NCBI RefSeq assembly: GCF_006345805.1
Contig: NC_043020.1
Coordinates: 28,458,001-28,522,000 of the forward strand
Origin: Octopus sinensis
Taxonomy: Eukaryota
DNA: 64,000 bases
Direction: 5' to 3'
The stretch's first letter is position 1. Every line of letters starts with the position of its first letter. A program made the position numbers and the translations under genes. Below, one piece after another: positions 11,385 through 22,568 of the stretch. The notes below the pieces were generated by a model that saw only the letters and a list, made by a program, of their open reading frames with translations, made no database searches and was not told the DNA's origin.

Positions 11385-12461
11385 CATTGTTAGAGCTACT
11401 TCTAAGGCGGCAACATATACTGACAGTTAACCATGAGTATAGCAAAAAATTTGGTGTTCTGGTAGGGTTTCATCAAGGCTCATTCCTTAGTCCCCTTCCT
11501 TTCTATCGTTGTCCTCCAGGCCATAACATAGGAATTCAAGACCAGCAGCCTCTGGGAACTACTGATGATCTTGTTCTCATAATGGATTCCATATCAGAGC
11601 TAGACTAGAAATTCCAGGTGTGGAAGCAAAACCTGAAATCTAAGGGCTTCAAGGTTAACTTAGCAAAGACTAAGGTCCTAGTAAGCAAGAAAACTGACAG
11701 GACCCTACGGTGACCCTGTTCAATTTGTAGGAAAGGTATTGGCAGGAACTCTTTATGGAATACTCAGTGTAAGCTATGGACACTCAAGAGGTGCAGTGGA
11801 TTAATAGGAAAGTTATCAGAGAAAATAGTTTCCATAAGTGGAAGATGCACAGGATCCATAAAAACTTTGGAGACTCAGGAAACTGATTCTCTCAAATGCT
11901 CTGGAAGCTCATTAGAGGTAGTAGATAACTTCTGCTTCCTAGGGGACCAAATTATTAGTGGGGGAGGTGCATAGAGAGTGAGATAGCTAGAATAAGAATA
12001 GGATGGGGGAAATTCAGAGAGCTGTGACCTCTGTTTCTCCAAGTGAAAGGAAGATTGTACGGGGCATGGATATAGACAGCAATTCTATAAGGTAGTGAGA
12101 TGTGGGCCCTGAATGCAGAAGACATGCAAAGGTTAGGCAAGAATGAAGCTAGTCTGCTCCTCTGGATGTGTAATGCAAGAGTACATGTTCGACAGAGTGC
12201 TAGTGTTTTGAGAGAGAAGTTAGGTGTAGGAGGAATTAGTTGCTGTGTGCAAGAGAGAAGACTGCAGTGGTTTGGTTATGTGATGCGGACGGATGCTGAT
12301 AGCTCCATAAAGAAATGCCGATCTCTCAAAGTGGACGGAACGCATGGAAAGGGAAGACTTTGAATGAAGTACTGAAGAATGACCTCAGGACATTAACCTT
12401 TCAGGCGAGATGACAAATGAGTGAGATGCCTGACACCTTGCTGTGCTCAGCAAGACCTGTC
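11385..12461 (+). mobile_element. Degenerate RTE LINE fragment (same family as 16786-20162)
   Basis: Colinear with about 18440-19560 (GFHQGS.LSP, LLWMCNA, VQERRLQWFG.V.R), with stops and frameshifts. Confidence 0.88.
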
Positions 12462-12912
12462 CTTCACAGCTGAGATGGGCGGGCCACGTCTCCCGCATGT
12501 CCGACACTCGCATCCCAAAACAGCTCTTCTACGGTGAACTCAGCCAGGGCAAACGCAAAGTCGGAGGGCAGAAGAAGCGCTTCAAGGACAGTCTCAAGGT
12601 CTCTCTCAAAGACTTCTCCATTGGCACGGAGACTTGGGAGACACTTGCTGCCGACCGCTCATCTTGGCGCAGCGCAATCACCACAGGAGCAGGGACAGCC
12701 GAGGAGAGACGGATTCGGTCAGCAGAGCAGAAACGCCAGATGCGGAAAGCCAGAGCCGCCTGCACCAGTAGCACGGCCCCTACCCACTTCTGCCCCATAT
12801 GTGGGAGGGGCTTCCTTGCCCGGATTGGCCTCACCAGCCACCTCCAGTCTCATAGCGGCAGTTCCACCAGATGATGTCAGTGGTCATCTTCGAACCCGAA
12901 GGACGAACATTA
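12462..12912 (+). mobile_element. 3' end of a second RTE lineage (BovB/AviRTE-like) with C-terminal C2H2 finger
   Basis: Open frame QLRWAGHVSRMSDTRIPKQLFYGEL..GKRKVGGQKKRFKD...CPICGRGFLARIGLTSHLQSH*, followed by a short 3' UTR ending CGAAGGACGAACATTATTAGTAG. Confidence 0.88.
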
Positions 12913-12966
12913 TTAGTAGTAGTAGTGTAATGGTGGTGGTGTTGTAAGTTGTTGTTGTAGTGGTGG

Positions 12967-13142
12967 TGGTATTGTGAATAGCTGTCCAGTTGAATAAATA
13001 ATGCACTGTTCATAACTAAAGCAGTATTAGATCAAAATAGCCATCTATGTATCATATTTAATGTATATACACCAATAACAGACAGGTTACTGCAGTTTTT
13101 CTTTCTAATATAATATCTCTATGAATGTGTTGTGTGTGCCAC
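12967..13142 (+). repeat. 176-bp direct duplicate of 23911-24086
   Basis: Ungapped alignment at offset 10944; 9 mismatches counted by eye. Confidence 0.9.
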
Positions 13143-13739
13143 TGGAATGGGAGCCAGTCAGGCGGCACTGGCATCGACCATGTTCTACGTTCGGATGGTG
13201 CTTTTTACTTGTCACCGGCACAGGAACCAGTTGGTGGCGGTTATTGTTGTTGTTGTTAAGCAACAAGACGGGTAAGGGTGATTAGGTAATGGTCTAGGGC
13301 TTAGGGGCAGGAGACCTCAGACCTTCGAAAAAAAAAACTTTGGTCATCTTGTAATCGAGGGCTCTTCGTTGACACCCGACACCACTGGGAGGTGACCCTC
13401 AAAGTCGCTGGAAATGGAGATCTCCAGGTCCAAATTCTTGGACAGTGGTGGTGAGTGATGGAGATGGTAGTGGTAATTGAGATATTATAACAATGGCAAT
13501 GGTGCCAGGTCTTAGTATTTCTAAAGCAGTGATTTGGCAGAATTGTTGGCGGGTCAGACAAAATGCTTAGCGACGTTTCTTCTAAGCTTTTCAAACTCTA
13601 AGATCAAAATCTGCTGAGGTCACCTTCGCCTTTCACCCTTTCAGTTTTCAATAACATAAAGGACAAACCAAGTACTGACCTGACCCCCGCCGCCCCCCTC
13701 CCCACCAAATTTTAGTCTTTGTACCTGAGTAGATACAAG

Positions 13740-14180
13740 TGATTGGAGCAGTGGTGAGAGTGATAGCGGTTACAGTGGTGGTGGTGATAATTGTAGCAGC
13801 AGTAGTAGTAGTGATAATAGCAGTTGTGGTGGTAGTGGAGGTGGTGGTGATCATGGTGGTAGTGGTTGTGGTAGTTGTAGTAGTAGTGGTGTTGGTAGTA
13901 GTAATAATAATAGTAGTAACGGTGGTGGTGTGTGTGGGGTGTAGTAGTAGTGGTAGCAGTATAAGTAGTAGTGGTGGTGGTATTGTAAGTTGTTGTTGTA
14001 GTGGTGGTGATTGATGGTGGAGGTGGTGGTGGTGGTGATCATGATGGTAGTAGTTGTGGTAGCAGTAGTAGTGTTGGTAGTAGTAGTGGTGGTGGTGGTG
14101 GTGACGGTGGCAGTGGTGGGAGAGGCGACGGGAGCAGCTGTGATAGCAGCAACAGCAGCAGTAGTAGTAGTAGTCACAGC
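13740..14180. repeat. Compound (GTA/GTG/GCA)n trinucleotide low-complexity tract
   Basis: Direct reading; source of the poly-V/T/H/S pseudo-ORFs. Confidence 0.95.
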
Positions 14181-14511
14181 AGTCTGCAAACAGTAGCATT
14201 TACACACACAGACACAGACATATATACACGTGTGTGTTGGTGTATAAAATCTAATCAAAAAATCAGAAATGCTTAATTAATCCAAATATTTCACATTACT
14301 TGATAGAATCAGGAGAGGAAAACTTTAAAATTCCTGAAAATTACACAAATTCAATACATTTCATATAACAACTCTTGTTCTAAACACAAACACACAATAA
14401 ATACAGAAACCTAAGGAAGAAGATTTCTTGGAATTATTTGAGAGATTTTCTCTGGGCATTTCTTGTATATTGGAATTAGTTTGGTCGAGAGAATATAGCT
14501 TATGGTTAGAA

Positions 14512-14700
14512 CGAGGGTGACTCAAAAAGTAATGCCATTTTGTTGAGGACAGGTATAATTACCCACACAGGAACATGTATCATACATCAAAATGAAGCTG
14601 GTCCTCTGTGGATCACATCCCTACTTTTCAATATAGTCACCGTTTCTCTCAATAACAATGTTCCACCTTTGAATGAGAGCATGTATCCCTGACCTGTAAA
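14512..14700 (+). mobile_element. Possible mariner-type left-end fragment
   Basis: Starts ACGAGGGTGACTCAAAAAGTAATGCC, resembling mariner TIRs. No partner TIR seen. Confidence 0.35.
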
Positions 14701-14709
14701 ATTGTGGTT

Positions 14710-14925
14710 CATGCCAGATCCTCTGGCCCCTGTGCTGGTGGCACGTAACAAGCACCCACTACACTCTCAGAGTGGTTAGGGTTTAGGAAGGATATCCAGC
14801 TGTAGAAACACTGCCAGATCAGATTTAGGGCCTGATGCAGCCCTCTGGCTTCCCAGACTCCAGTCAAACCGTCCAACCCATGCCAGCATGGAAAACGGAC
14901 GTTAAGCAATGATGATGATGATGAT
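14710..14925 (+). mobile_element. Short copy of the RTE LINE 3' end
   Basis: Same terminus plus (GAT)n, then (TA)n. Confidence 0.85.
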
Positions 14926-14958
14926 ATATATATATGTATGTATGTATATATATATATG

Positions 14959-15006
<48 letters not shown>

Positions 15007-15069
15007 TCCTTGTCTCTCACTCTTTCTCCTTTTTATGCCACCAGCTCCTGCCGATCCCTAACTCTCCTT

Positions 15070-15460
15070 TATATTATCTCTTTGTCCCACAGGTTTGACA
15101 CTAACTACACAATTCCACCAGGGCTCTGTTCTCTGTCCCCTTCTGTTTGTTATAAATTTCCATACCATTACAGAAGAATTTAATACAAGCCGTCTACGGG
15201 AACTTCCGTATACCATTGACCTATTTCTCATGGCTGAATCAGTTAAAGATTTAGACTGGAAAATCCAAGCTCAGAAACAAAATCTCCAATTGAAAGTTCT
15301 CAAAGTAAACCTAATAAAGACCAAATTTTCAGAGAGCAGGAAACGAGACGCACCTTTTGCCAGCTGGAAGTGGATACTCAAGTGGTACAGATGAATCAAA
15401 AGTATGATGACAGGAAAAGTAGTCTTCATATGTGGCAGATGTACAAGAGTAGTTAACACT
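15070..15460 (+). mobile_element. Highly degenerate RTE RT fragment
   Basis: FHQGSVLCPLLFVI...ITEEF...ELPYTIDL, similar to 18500-18900. Confidence 0.7.
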
Positions 15461-15464
15461 AAAA

Positions 15465-15900
15465 GTACATCATCATCATCGTTTAACGTCCGTTTTCCGT
15501 GCTAGCGTGGGTTGGACAGTTTGACTGGGGTCTGGGAAGCCAGGAGGCTGCACCAGGCTCCAGTCTGGTCTGGCAGTGTTTCTACAGCTGGGTGCCCTTC
15601 CTAATGCCAACCACTCCATGAGTGTAGTGGGTGCTTTTTATGTGCCACTGGCACAGGTGCCAGGGAGGCTGGCAGTGGCCACAATCGGTTTGGATGGTGC
15701 TTTTTACATGCCACCAGCACAGATATCACAACTACAATTTCTATTTAATATTTATTTTTGATGTTGATGTACTTGACTCAGTAGGTCTCCTCAAGCACAG
15801 CAGGTCATGTGCCATCGGCACAGAAGCCAGTCAAGGCAGCGTTGGCATCGGCTACGTTCAGATGGTGTTTTACGTGCTGCCGGCACAGGTATCATAACTG
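15465..15900 (-). mobile_element. Copy of the RTE 3' UTR with multiple hairpin units
   Basis: Reverse complement of about 19690-20160. Confidence 0.85.
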
Positions 15901-16049
15901 CAATTTCCCTTTAATTACATCTATTTTAAAGTCATTTCGATGCTTAAAAGACTCTCTAAGCCACAGAATTGCAAAGCAAGTTTCTTATTCACACTGCTGT
16001 GCCTGTTCCTTAATAGAGATTATAGTTAAATATACACATGAGAGAGGAA

Positions 16050-16505
16050 ACTGGGCCTAAGAGTCATCGGATGTGGTGTGTGGAGAGAGGCAGCTGGACT
16101 GGTATGGTCATGTGATGCATATGGATGAGGACAGCTGTGTGAATAAGTGCTGATCTCAAACTGTGGTGGGAACTTGTGGAAGAGATAGACCCAGGAAGAC
16201 ATGGGATGAGGTGGTGAAGTATGATCTTTGAAGAATGGGTTTCATGAAAGAAATTACAAGTGATCATGGCATTTGGCGATTTGCTGTGCTTGAAAAGACT
16301 TGTCGAGCCAAGTGAAATTGTAGTCATGGCTGGTGCCAGGGACATGTAAAAAGCACTCACTACACTCTTAGAGTGGTTGACATTAGGAAGGGCATCCACC
16401 CATAGAAAACAAACCAAAATTTAGTCTGGAACCTGGTACAGCTATCTGGCTTACCAGTTCCAGTCAGACCAGCATGGGGAACAGATACTAAATGGTGATG
16501 ATGAT
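16050..16505 (+). mobile_element. Degenerate RTE 3' ORF end plus 3' UTR
   Basis: GAGAGGCAGCTGGACTGGTATGGTCATGTG...AGACCCAGGAAGACATGGGATGAGGTGGTGAAG matches 19330-19470. Confidence 0.8.
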
Positions 16506-16597
16506 GACACATGCATGTGTGTGTGAAAAAGGATGTGTAGGTTTAGTACGTGAAAGTATATATATATACATACTTATATATATATATATACACATAT

Positions 16598-16785
16598 AGG
16601 TACAGTGTGGCTGTGTGGTAAGAAGGTTGCTTTCCAACCACACAGTTCCAGATTCAGTTCCACTGCATGGCACCTTGGGCAAGTGTCTTCTTCTATAGCC
16701 TCAGGCCGACCAAAGCTTTGTGAGTGGATTTGGTAGATGGAAACTGAAAGAAGCCCATCATACATACATACATACATACATATGT
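16598..16785 (+). mobile_element. SINE family B 5' half (split by RTE insertion; 3' half at 20163-20398)
   Basis: The head and ACCTTGGGCAAGT motif end in (TACA)n. The matching 3' half resumes after the LINE tail. Confidence 0.85.
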
Positions 16786-19700
16786 GACAGAATACTTAAG
16801 ATTAGATTAGTGCTTCATCATAGTTTAGCAACCATTATATCAGCCTATGCTCCTCAGTCGGGGCTACCCGATGGACAGAAAGACCGATTCTATGACACTC
16901 TACTGCAGACTACCTCGTTGACGAACGACAGAGACCTTATCTTTGTGGCTGGTGACTTCAATGGTCACGTTGGACGACATGCTGGGGGCTTCCATGGCGT
17001 ACATGGAGGCTATGGCTATGGCTCCCGCAACGAGGAGGGAACCAGGCTGCTGGAGTTCTGCGATGCAAATAATCTTATGATTTGCAACACTAACTTCAGG
17101 AAACCTACCAGCCACCTAGTCACTTACCAATCGGGCCAACATACCAGCCAAATTGACTACATCCTTACAAGGCAAAGGGAGAGATGGCTGCTTATAAATG
17201 CCAAAACCTTCCCAGGTGAAGAATGTACCCCACAACATAGACTGGTAGTTAGTGACTTTAGGATCAGGACTAGGAGGACAACCAGAAGACGACAAATATG
17301 GAGAAGAAGGATCTGGAAGCTTAAAGATCCTGCAAATGGACAGAGATTTAGGGACATATTACTTGAAGCCTCTGACGAAGTAGAAGGGGATAGAGCATCA
17401 CAGGGGGTAGAAGACAGCTGGACGTTTCTAAGGGACAACCTGCTGAGAGCCACTGACCAGATCTGTGGCTGGTGCAAAGTCCCCTCTCGACCTAGAATAA
17501 CGTGGTGGTGGAACAATATTGTAGACAGGGCTATTAGAGAAAAGAGACAGGCTTGGAAGGTCTGGAAAAATGGGGGTAGCAGGGGATTGTATCAGACTGC
17601 CAAAAGAGAAGCTAGGAGACAGGTTTATTTAGCCAGAGGGGAAGCAGATAAGAAAAAATTTGCCAATGTCCTGCGCCGTGAGGACCAAAGACTGGAGGTG
17701 TTTCGTGTTGCAAGACAGTGTGTGAGAGAGAATCATGATGTGGTAGGAGAGAAGTGTGTTCGCATGGAAGATGGTTCACTTGCGCTAAATGAGGATGCAA
17801 AGAGAGAGGTTTGGAGATGCCACTATGAAAGGTTGCTGAATGAAGAAAATGAATGGGATAAAGAGAGTCTGCCGAATGTTGACCCAACAGAGGGACCAGC
17901 TATCCGAGTTGATAGTTCCGTGGTAGCTAAGGCAATTAGAAGCATGAAGACAGGGAAAGCCCCAGGCCCATCAGGAATCACTGCAGAGATGCTCAAAATG
18001 TCTGGTAGTGTCGGCTATAGCCTAGTCACCCGTATAGTTAATCAGGTGATACACAAAGGGGTCATACCCAATGACTGGTGTAGCAGTATAATAGTCAACT
18101 GCTACAAAGGTAAAGGTGATGCCCTAGATACAAATAACTACAGAGGTATCAAGCTGTTGGACCAGGTGATGAAGGTTACGGATAGGGTCATAGCCCAACT
18201 AATTAGAGAGAGAGTTAGTTTAGATGAGATGCAGTTTAGGTTTGTGCCAGGGAAAAGTACTACTGATGCTATATTCCTGGTAAGGCAGCTGCAGGAGAAA
18301 TACCTAGCCAAAGATAGGCCCCTGTACCTGGCTTTTGTTGACATGGAGAAAGCCTTCGACAGGGTCCCCCGATCCCTTATCTGGTGGGCAATGAGGAAAC
18401 TAGGGATAGATGAATGGTTAGTGAGAGCTGTGCGGGCCATGTACAGGGACGCCGCTAGTAGGGTGAGGGTTGGAAATGTGTACAGTGAAGAATTCCGGGT
18501 AGAGGTAGGAGTCCACCAAGGCTCAGTACTCAGCCCCCTCCTATTTATCATAGTCCTCCAGGCAATAACGGAGGAATTCAAGACAGGATGTCCTTGGGAG
18601 CTCCTCTATGCTGATGACCTTGCTCTAATTGCTGAGTCTCTATCAGAACTGGAGGAGAAGTTTCAGGTGTGGAAACAAGGATTAGAATCGAAGGGCCTCA
18701 GAGTCAATCTAGCTAAAACCAAAGTCGTAATCAGTAGGAAGGTAGACAAATCACAAACACCTTCAGGTAGATGGCCCTGCTCGATCTGTAGAAAAGGTGT
18801 AGGTAGAAACTCTATAAGATGCACCAAGTGTAAGCTATGGACATATAAGAGGTGCAGCAATGTCAAAGGAAGGCTAACTAGGAAGATGGTTTTTGTATGT
18901 GGCAGATGCTCAGGAACAATAAACACTGAAAATGCTCTGAGACCAACTTCCGTCACTTTCCAGGGAGAAAAACTAGAAATAGTTGATAGTTTCCGTTACC
19001 TAGGTGACCAAGTCAGCAGCGGGGGTGGGTGTGCTGAAAGTGTAACTGCTAGAGTAAGAATAGCTTGGGCAAAGTTCAGAGAGCTCTTACCTCTGCTGGT
19101 GACAAAAGGCCTCTCGCACAGAGTGAAAGGCAGACTGTATGATGCGTGTGTACGAACAGCCATGCTACATGGCAGTGAAACATGGGCCGTGACTGCTGAG
19201 GATATGCGTAAGCTCACTAGAAATGAAGCCAGTATGCTCCGATGGATGTGTAATGCCGGTACTCACACTCGGCAGAGTGTAAGTACCTTGAGAGAAAAGC
19301 TGGACCTAAGAAGCATCAGTTGTGGTGTGCAAGAGAGACGTTTGCGCTGGTATGGTCATGTGGCGAGAATGGATGAAGATAGTTGTGTGAAAAAGTGCCA
19401 CACCCTAGCGGTTGAGGGAACCTGTGGAAGAGGCAGACCCAGGAAAACCTGGGACGAGGTGGTGAAGCACGACCTTCGAACTTTAGGTCTCACTGAGGAA
19501 ATGACTAGAGACCGAGACCTCTGGAAGTGTGCTGTGCGCGAGAAGACCCGGCAGGACAAGTGAGTCCATAACCCGTGGCCTTCTACATGGGATGGAGCCA
19601 GCCTACGTATGCATACCTTCCCTTCTTGGGACACAAAACTCTACTTGTGAAGACGTGATGAGGCAAGTGAGGATCAGAATCGAAATCGATCAATGGAAAT

Positions 19701-20162
19701 TGCGGATGTGCTACCAGTGCCGGTGGCATGTCAAAACTCTGCTTGTGAAGACCCGTTGAGGCAAGTGACGATCAGAATCGAAATTGATCAATGGAAATTG
19801 CAGATGTGTTACCAGTGCCGGTGGCATGTAAGAGAACTTTCCGTTTCGCGACCGTTGCCAGCACCGCCCCGTTTCGTGTCCGTTGCCAGCCTCGCCTGGC
19901 CCTCGTGCCGGTGGCACATAAAAAGCACCATCCGTTCGTGGCCGTTTGCCAGCTCTGTCTGGCACCAGTGCGGGTGGCACGTAAAAAGCACCCACTACAC
20001 TCACGGAGTGGTTGGCGTTAGGAAGGGCATCCAGCCGTAGAAACACTGCCAGATTTGACTGGGCCTGATGAAGCCTTCTGGCTTCACAGACCCCAGTAGA
20101 ACCGTCCAACCCATGCTAGCATGGAAAACGGACGCTAAACGATGATGATGATGATGATGATG
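16786..20162 (+). mobile_element. 5'-truncated RTE-clade LINE: partial APE + RT + PHD-like finger, 3' UTR, (GAT)n tail
   Basis: The ORF 16720-19563 is open; LINE-derived sequence starts at about 16786. It has APE motifs (ISAYAPQ, AGDFNGHVG, SQIDYIL, QHRLVV), RT motifs (NYRGIKLL, AFVDMEKAFDRV, VHQGSVLSP, YADD, FRYLG) and the RTE C-terminus (RRLRWYGHVARM, GRGRPRKTW). Candidate TSD ATATGT at 16780-16785 and 20163-20168. Confidence 0.96.
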
Positions 20163-20398
20163 ATATGTATATATATATATATATATATATTTGTGTTTGT
20201 GTGTCCGTGCTTATCTCCCCACCATCACTTGACAACCGGTGTTGGTGTGTTTACATCCCCATAACATAGCAGTTCAGCAAAAGAGACCAATAGAATAATT
20301 ACTAGGCTTACAAAGAATGAGTCCTGGGGTCGATTTGTTTGACTAGAGGCGGTGCTCCAGCATGGCCACAGTCAAAAGAAGTAAATAAATAAAAGAAT
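20163..20398 (+). mobile_element. SINE family B 3' half
   Basis: Continues the central microsatellite and the conserved 3' half seen at 7260-7500. Confidence 0.85.
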
Positions 20399-20816
20399 AT
20401 ATGTAGAGGTGCATGGATGTTGCATTCGTGATTGTAAGATTGTGGTTTCGATTCCTGCGTTGGGTGATGTGCTGGGATCATTTCACATTACTTCTCTCTA
20501 CTCAGGTGGCAGAAGTGAGTAAACCTGCGATGGACTGGCATCCCATCCAGGGGGCAAAGATATACACCACAGAAACCAGGAAACCTTCTATATAATGGCC
20601 TATGGTTCAGGAAGTACTTTTAAACTTTGTGTGTGTGTGTATGTACATAGATATGTATATATGTATGAAAGTGTATACATTTCTGGAGTGTTGAGAGGGG
20701 GGTATAGAGGTATATCTGTGCTGTACTAAAATAAATAATTACTCACCACTTATGTACTGAGTAACTTTTTCTCTGGTTTCTAAACGTAAGCAGACATAAG
20801 TGTTTCTCTTTTCTAA

Positions 20817-21235
20817 CTTTTTTGTAGAGCAAAGATTGTCTGCCAACATAACATGGCAGTCCTGGTTTAGGACTAATGTTGCTGTAATTTAGCCCCAGGA
20901 GACATTGTTTCCAGCTGGCTATACGACACGATCTGTATCCTTATATTTTCAAACAAGGGAATTTAGCAACCACTCTTGCTGAACAATCATTCTGTGCTGA
21001 TGAAGGGAAATAACCCAGAAATTGCGGTACACAGATATTGTTTTGAGGTGAGTGGGGGTGCTAGATTCCCTTGTTTGGAAATATAAGGACACAGATCATG
21101 TTGTATAGCCAGCTGGAGATAATGTCTTCTGGGGCTAAATTACAGCAACGTTTGTCCTAAACCAGGACTGCCATGTTATGGTGGCAAACAATCTTTACTC
21201 CAAAAGTACTGTTGCTGAATATCTCTCATTGTGAG
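20817..21235 (+). mobile_element. Inverted-arm non-coding element carrying a hammerhead motif (family H1, copy 1)
   Basis: About 155-bp arms (20817-20973 vs 21053-21206) around an ~80-nt spacer. Second copy at 59353-59682. Confidence 0.85.
20991..21035 (+). ncRNA. Type I minimal hammerhead ribozyme motif
   Basis: TCTGTG-CTGATGA-A GGG AAATAA CCC A-GAAA-TTGCGG-TA-CACAGA. Stem I TCTGTG/CACAGA, intact core, GUA cleavage triplet; stem III is weak (G.U pairs). Confidence 0.7.
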
Positions 21236-21449
21236 ATTTAAAAATAGTAATTTTCTAATTTTTTTTTTTGTATTGAGTAGGAATCCATTCCGTTTGTTTC
21301 CAAATTGCAGTTCTTCCTTTTCTTTTCTTCTTTGAATGGGAATATACAGCAAACAGACTTACATAAACAAATACACACACACAGACATTCAACACTTCCA
21401 CAAATATATTTATAACTTTCAAACATTTCAGATGTTTTCCTTATTTTTG

Positions 21450-21660
21450 TTTCCTTCTTTTACTTGTTTCAGTCATTTGACTGCGGCCATGCTGGAGCAC
21501 CACCTTTTTAGTCGAAGAAATCAATCCCTGGATTCATTCTTTGCAAGCCTGGTACTTATTCTGTTGGTCTCTTATGCCAAACCACTAAGTTACATGGATG
21601 TAAACACACCAGCATCGGTTATCAAGCGATGTTGGTAGGGGACAAACACACACATACACA
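21450..21660 (-). mobile_element. SINE family B 3' half
   Basis: Reverse complement of the conserved 3' half. Confidence 0.8.
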
Positions 21661-21663
21661 CAT

Positions 21664-22105
21664 GTTAGTTAATTAGTTAGTTAATTTTTTGGCTCAAAAA
21701 GCAAAAAGCAAGGCCATGTAGGGGGACATTGAGTTATGTACAGGGTGGTGTTCATGTAAAGAGTTCAGGCCACTTGTGGTCAAGGGAGACTTTGAACCGA
21801 GCGGTCATCAGCATCTTCACCATCTCGTCTGGCAGCTTATTCCACGGATCCGCAACCCAGACGGAGAAAACCCCTCTCCTTCGATTGAGATGAAATCATC
21901 GTAGATAGAGCTTTTCGGAGTGACCCCGCAGCCGACGCTCTGGAGCAGGAGTGAAGAACATGTATGTATGTGTGTGTGTGTGTATCCCATGCAGGTAGGA
22001 AAGCCTTTTTTCTGTCAAGGGCTTATATGCCCCCTTTATTAGACTATTTTCCTTAGTCATTACACGGTGATTGCCATAAGCTTTAAGCTTATATAAAAAT
22101 ACCAT
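21664..22105 (-). mobile_element. CR1-clade LINE 3' fragment
   Basis: Minus strand FFTPAPERRLRGHSEKLYLR*FHLNRRRGVFSVWVADPWNKLPDEMV...KWPELFT*, then a short UTR and a (TAAC)n tail. Confidence 0.8.
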
Positions 22106-22457
22106 TATTATTATTTTTATTTACAGGATGAGTGCAGATATGGCTTACAGTTGTTTCCAGTAGTCATTATAGATGGTGATCCTACTTGTGCTGGCATCAC
22201 AAAAGAAACACCCAGTACACTCTGTAAAGTTGATGGCACTAGGAAGGGTATCCATCTGTAGACACCTCACAAACCTTAGCAAAACAGACACCAGAGATGA
22301 ACACAGCTCTTAAACTAGTCAGATTGTGTTGGGCTATCCAATCCATGCCAGCATGGAACATAGATTTTAAATGATGATGACAATATATACACACACTCTG
22401 GTGATAATCTAGCCTGGAAATATACAATGTGTTATAACAAGCTCATATGAAATACAC

Positions 22458-22568
22458 GGAATGTATGTCGTGTTGATGTATTTATTAAAAATCAGGGTCA
22501 TTATATATGTTTTTTAAAAATGAGCTGAAACTGAATTTTAATAAATACATTGACATCACATACATTCC
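22458..22568 (+). repeat. 38-bp inverted repeat / hairpin
   Basis: 22458-22495 pairs with 22531-22568. As plus-strand RNA it has 2 mismatches and 3 G.U pairs. Confidence 0.85.

Noticed and set aside
11024-11608. 194-aa ORF
   Set aside because: A chimeric run through a SINE and a decayed RTE fragment.
13648-14276. Several poly-V/T/H/S ORFs
   Set aside because: Translations of a trinucleotide low-complexity tract.
19700-19990. Repeat-spacer-like GTGCCGGTGGCAC array as CRISPR
   Set aside because: Eukaryotic context, irregular spacing, part of a LINE 3' UTR, and no cas genes.
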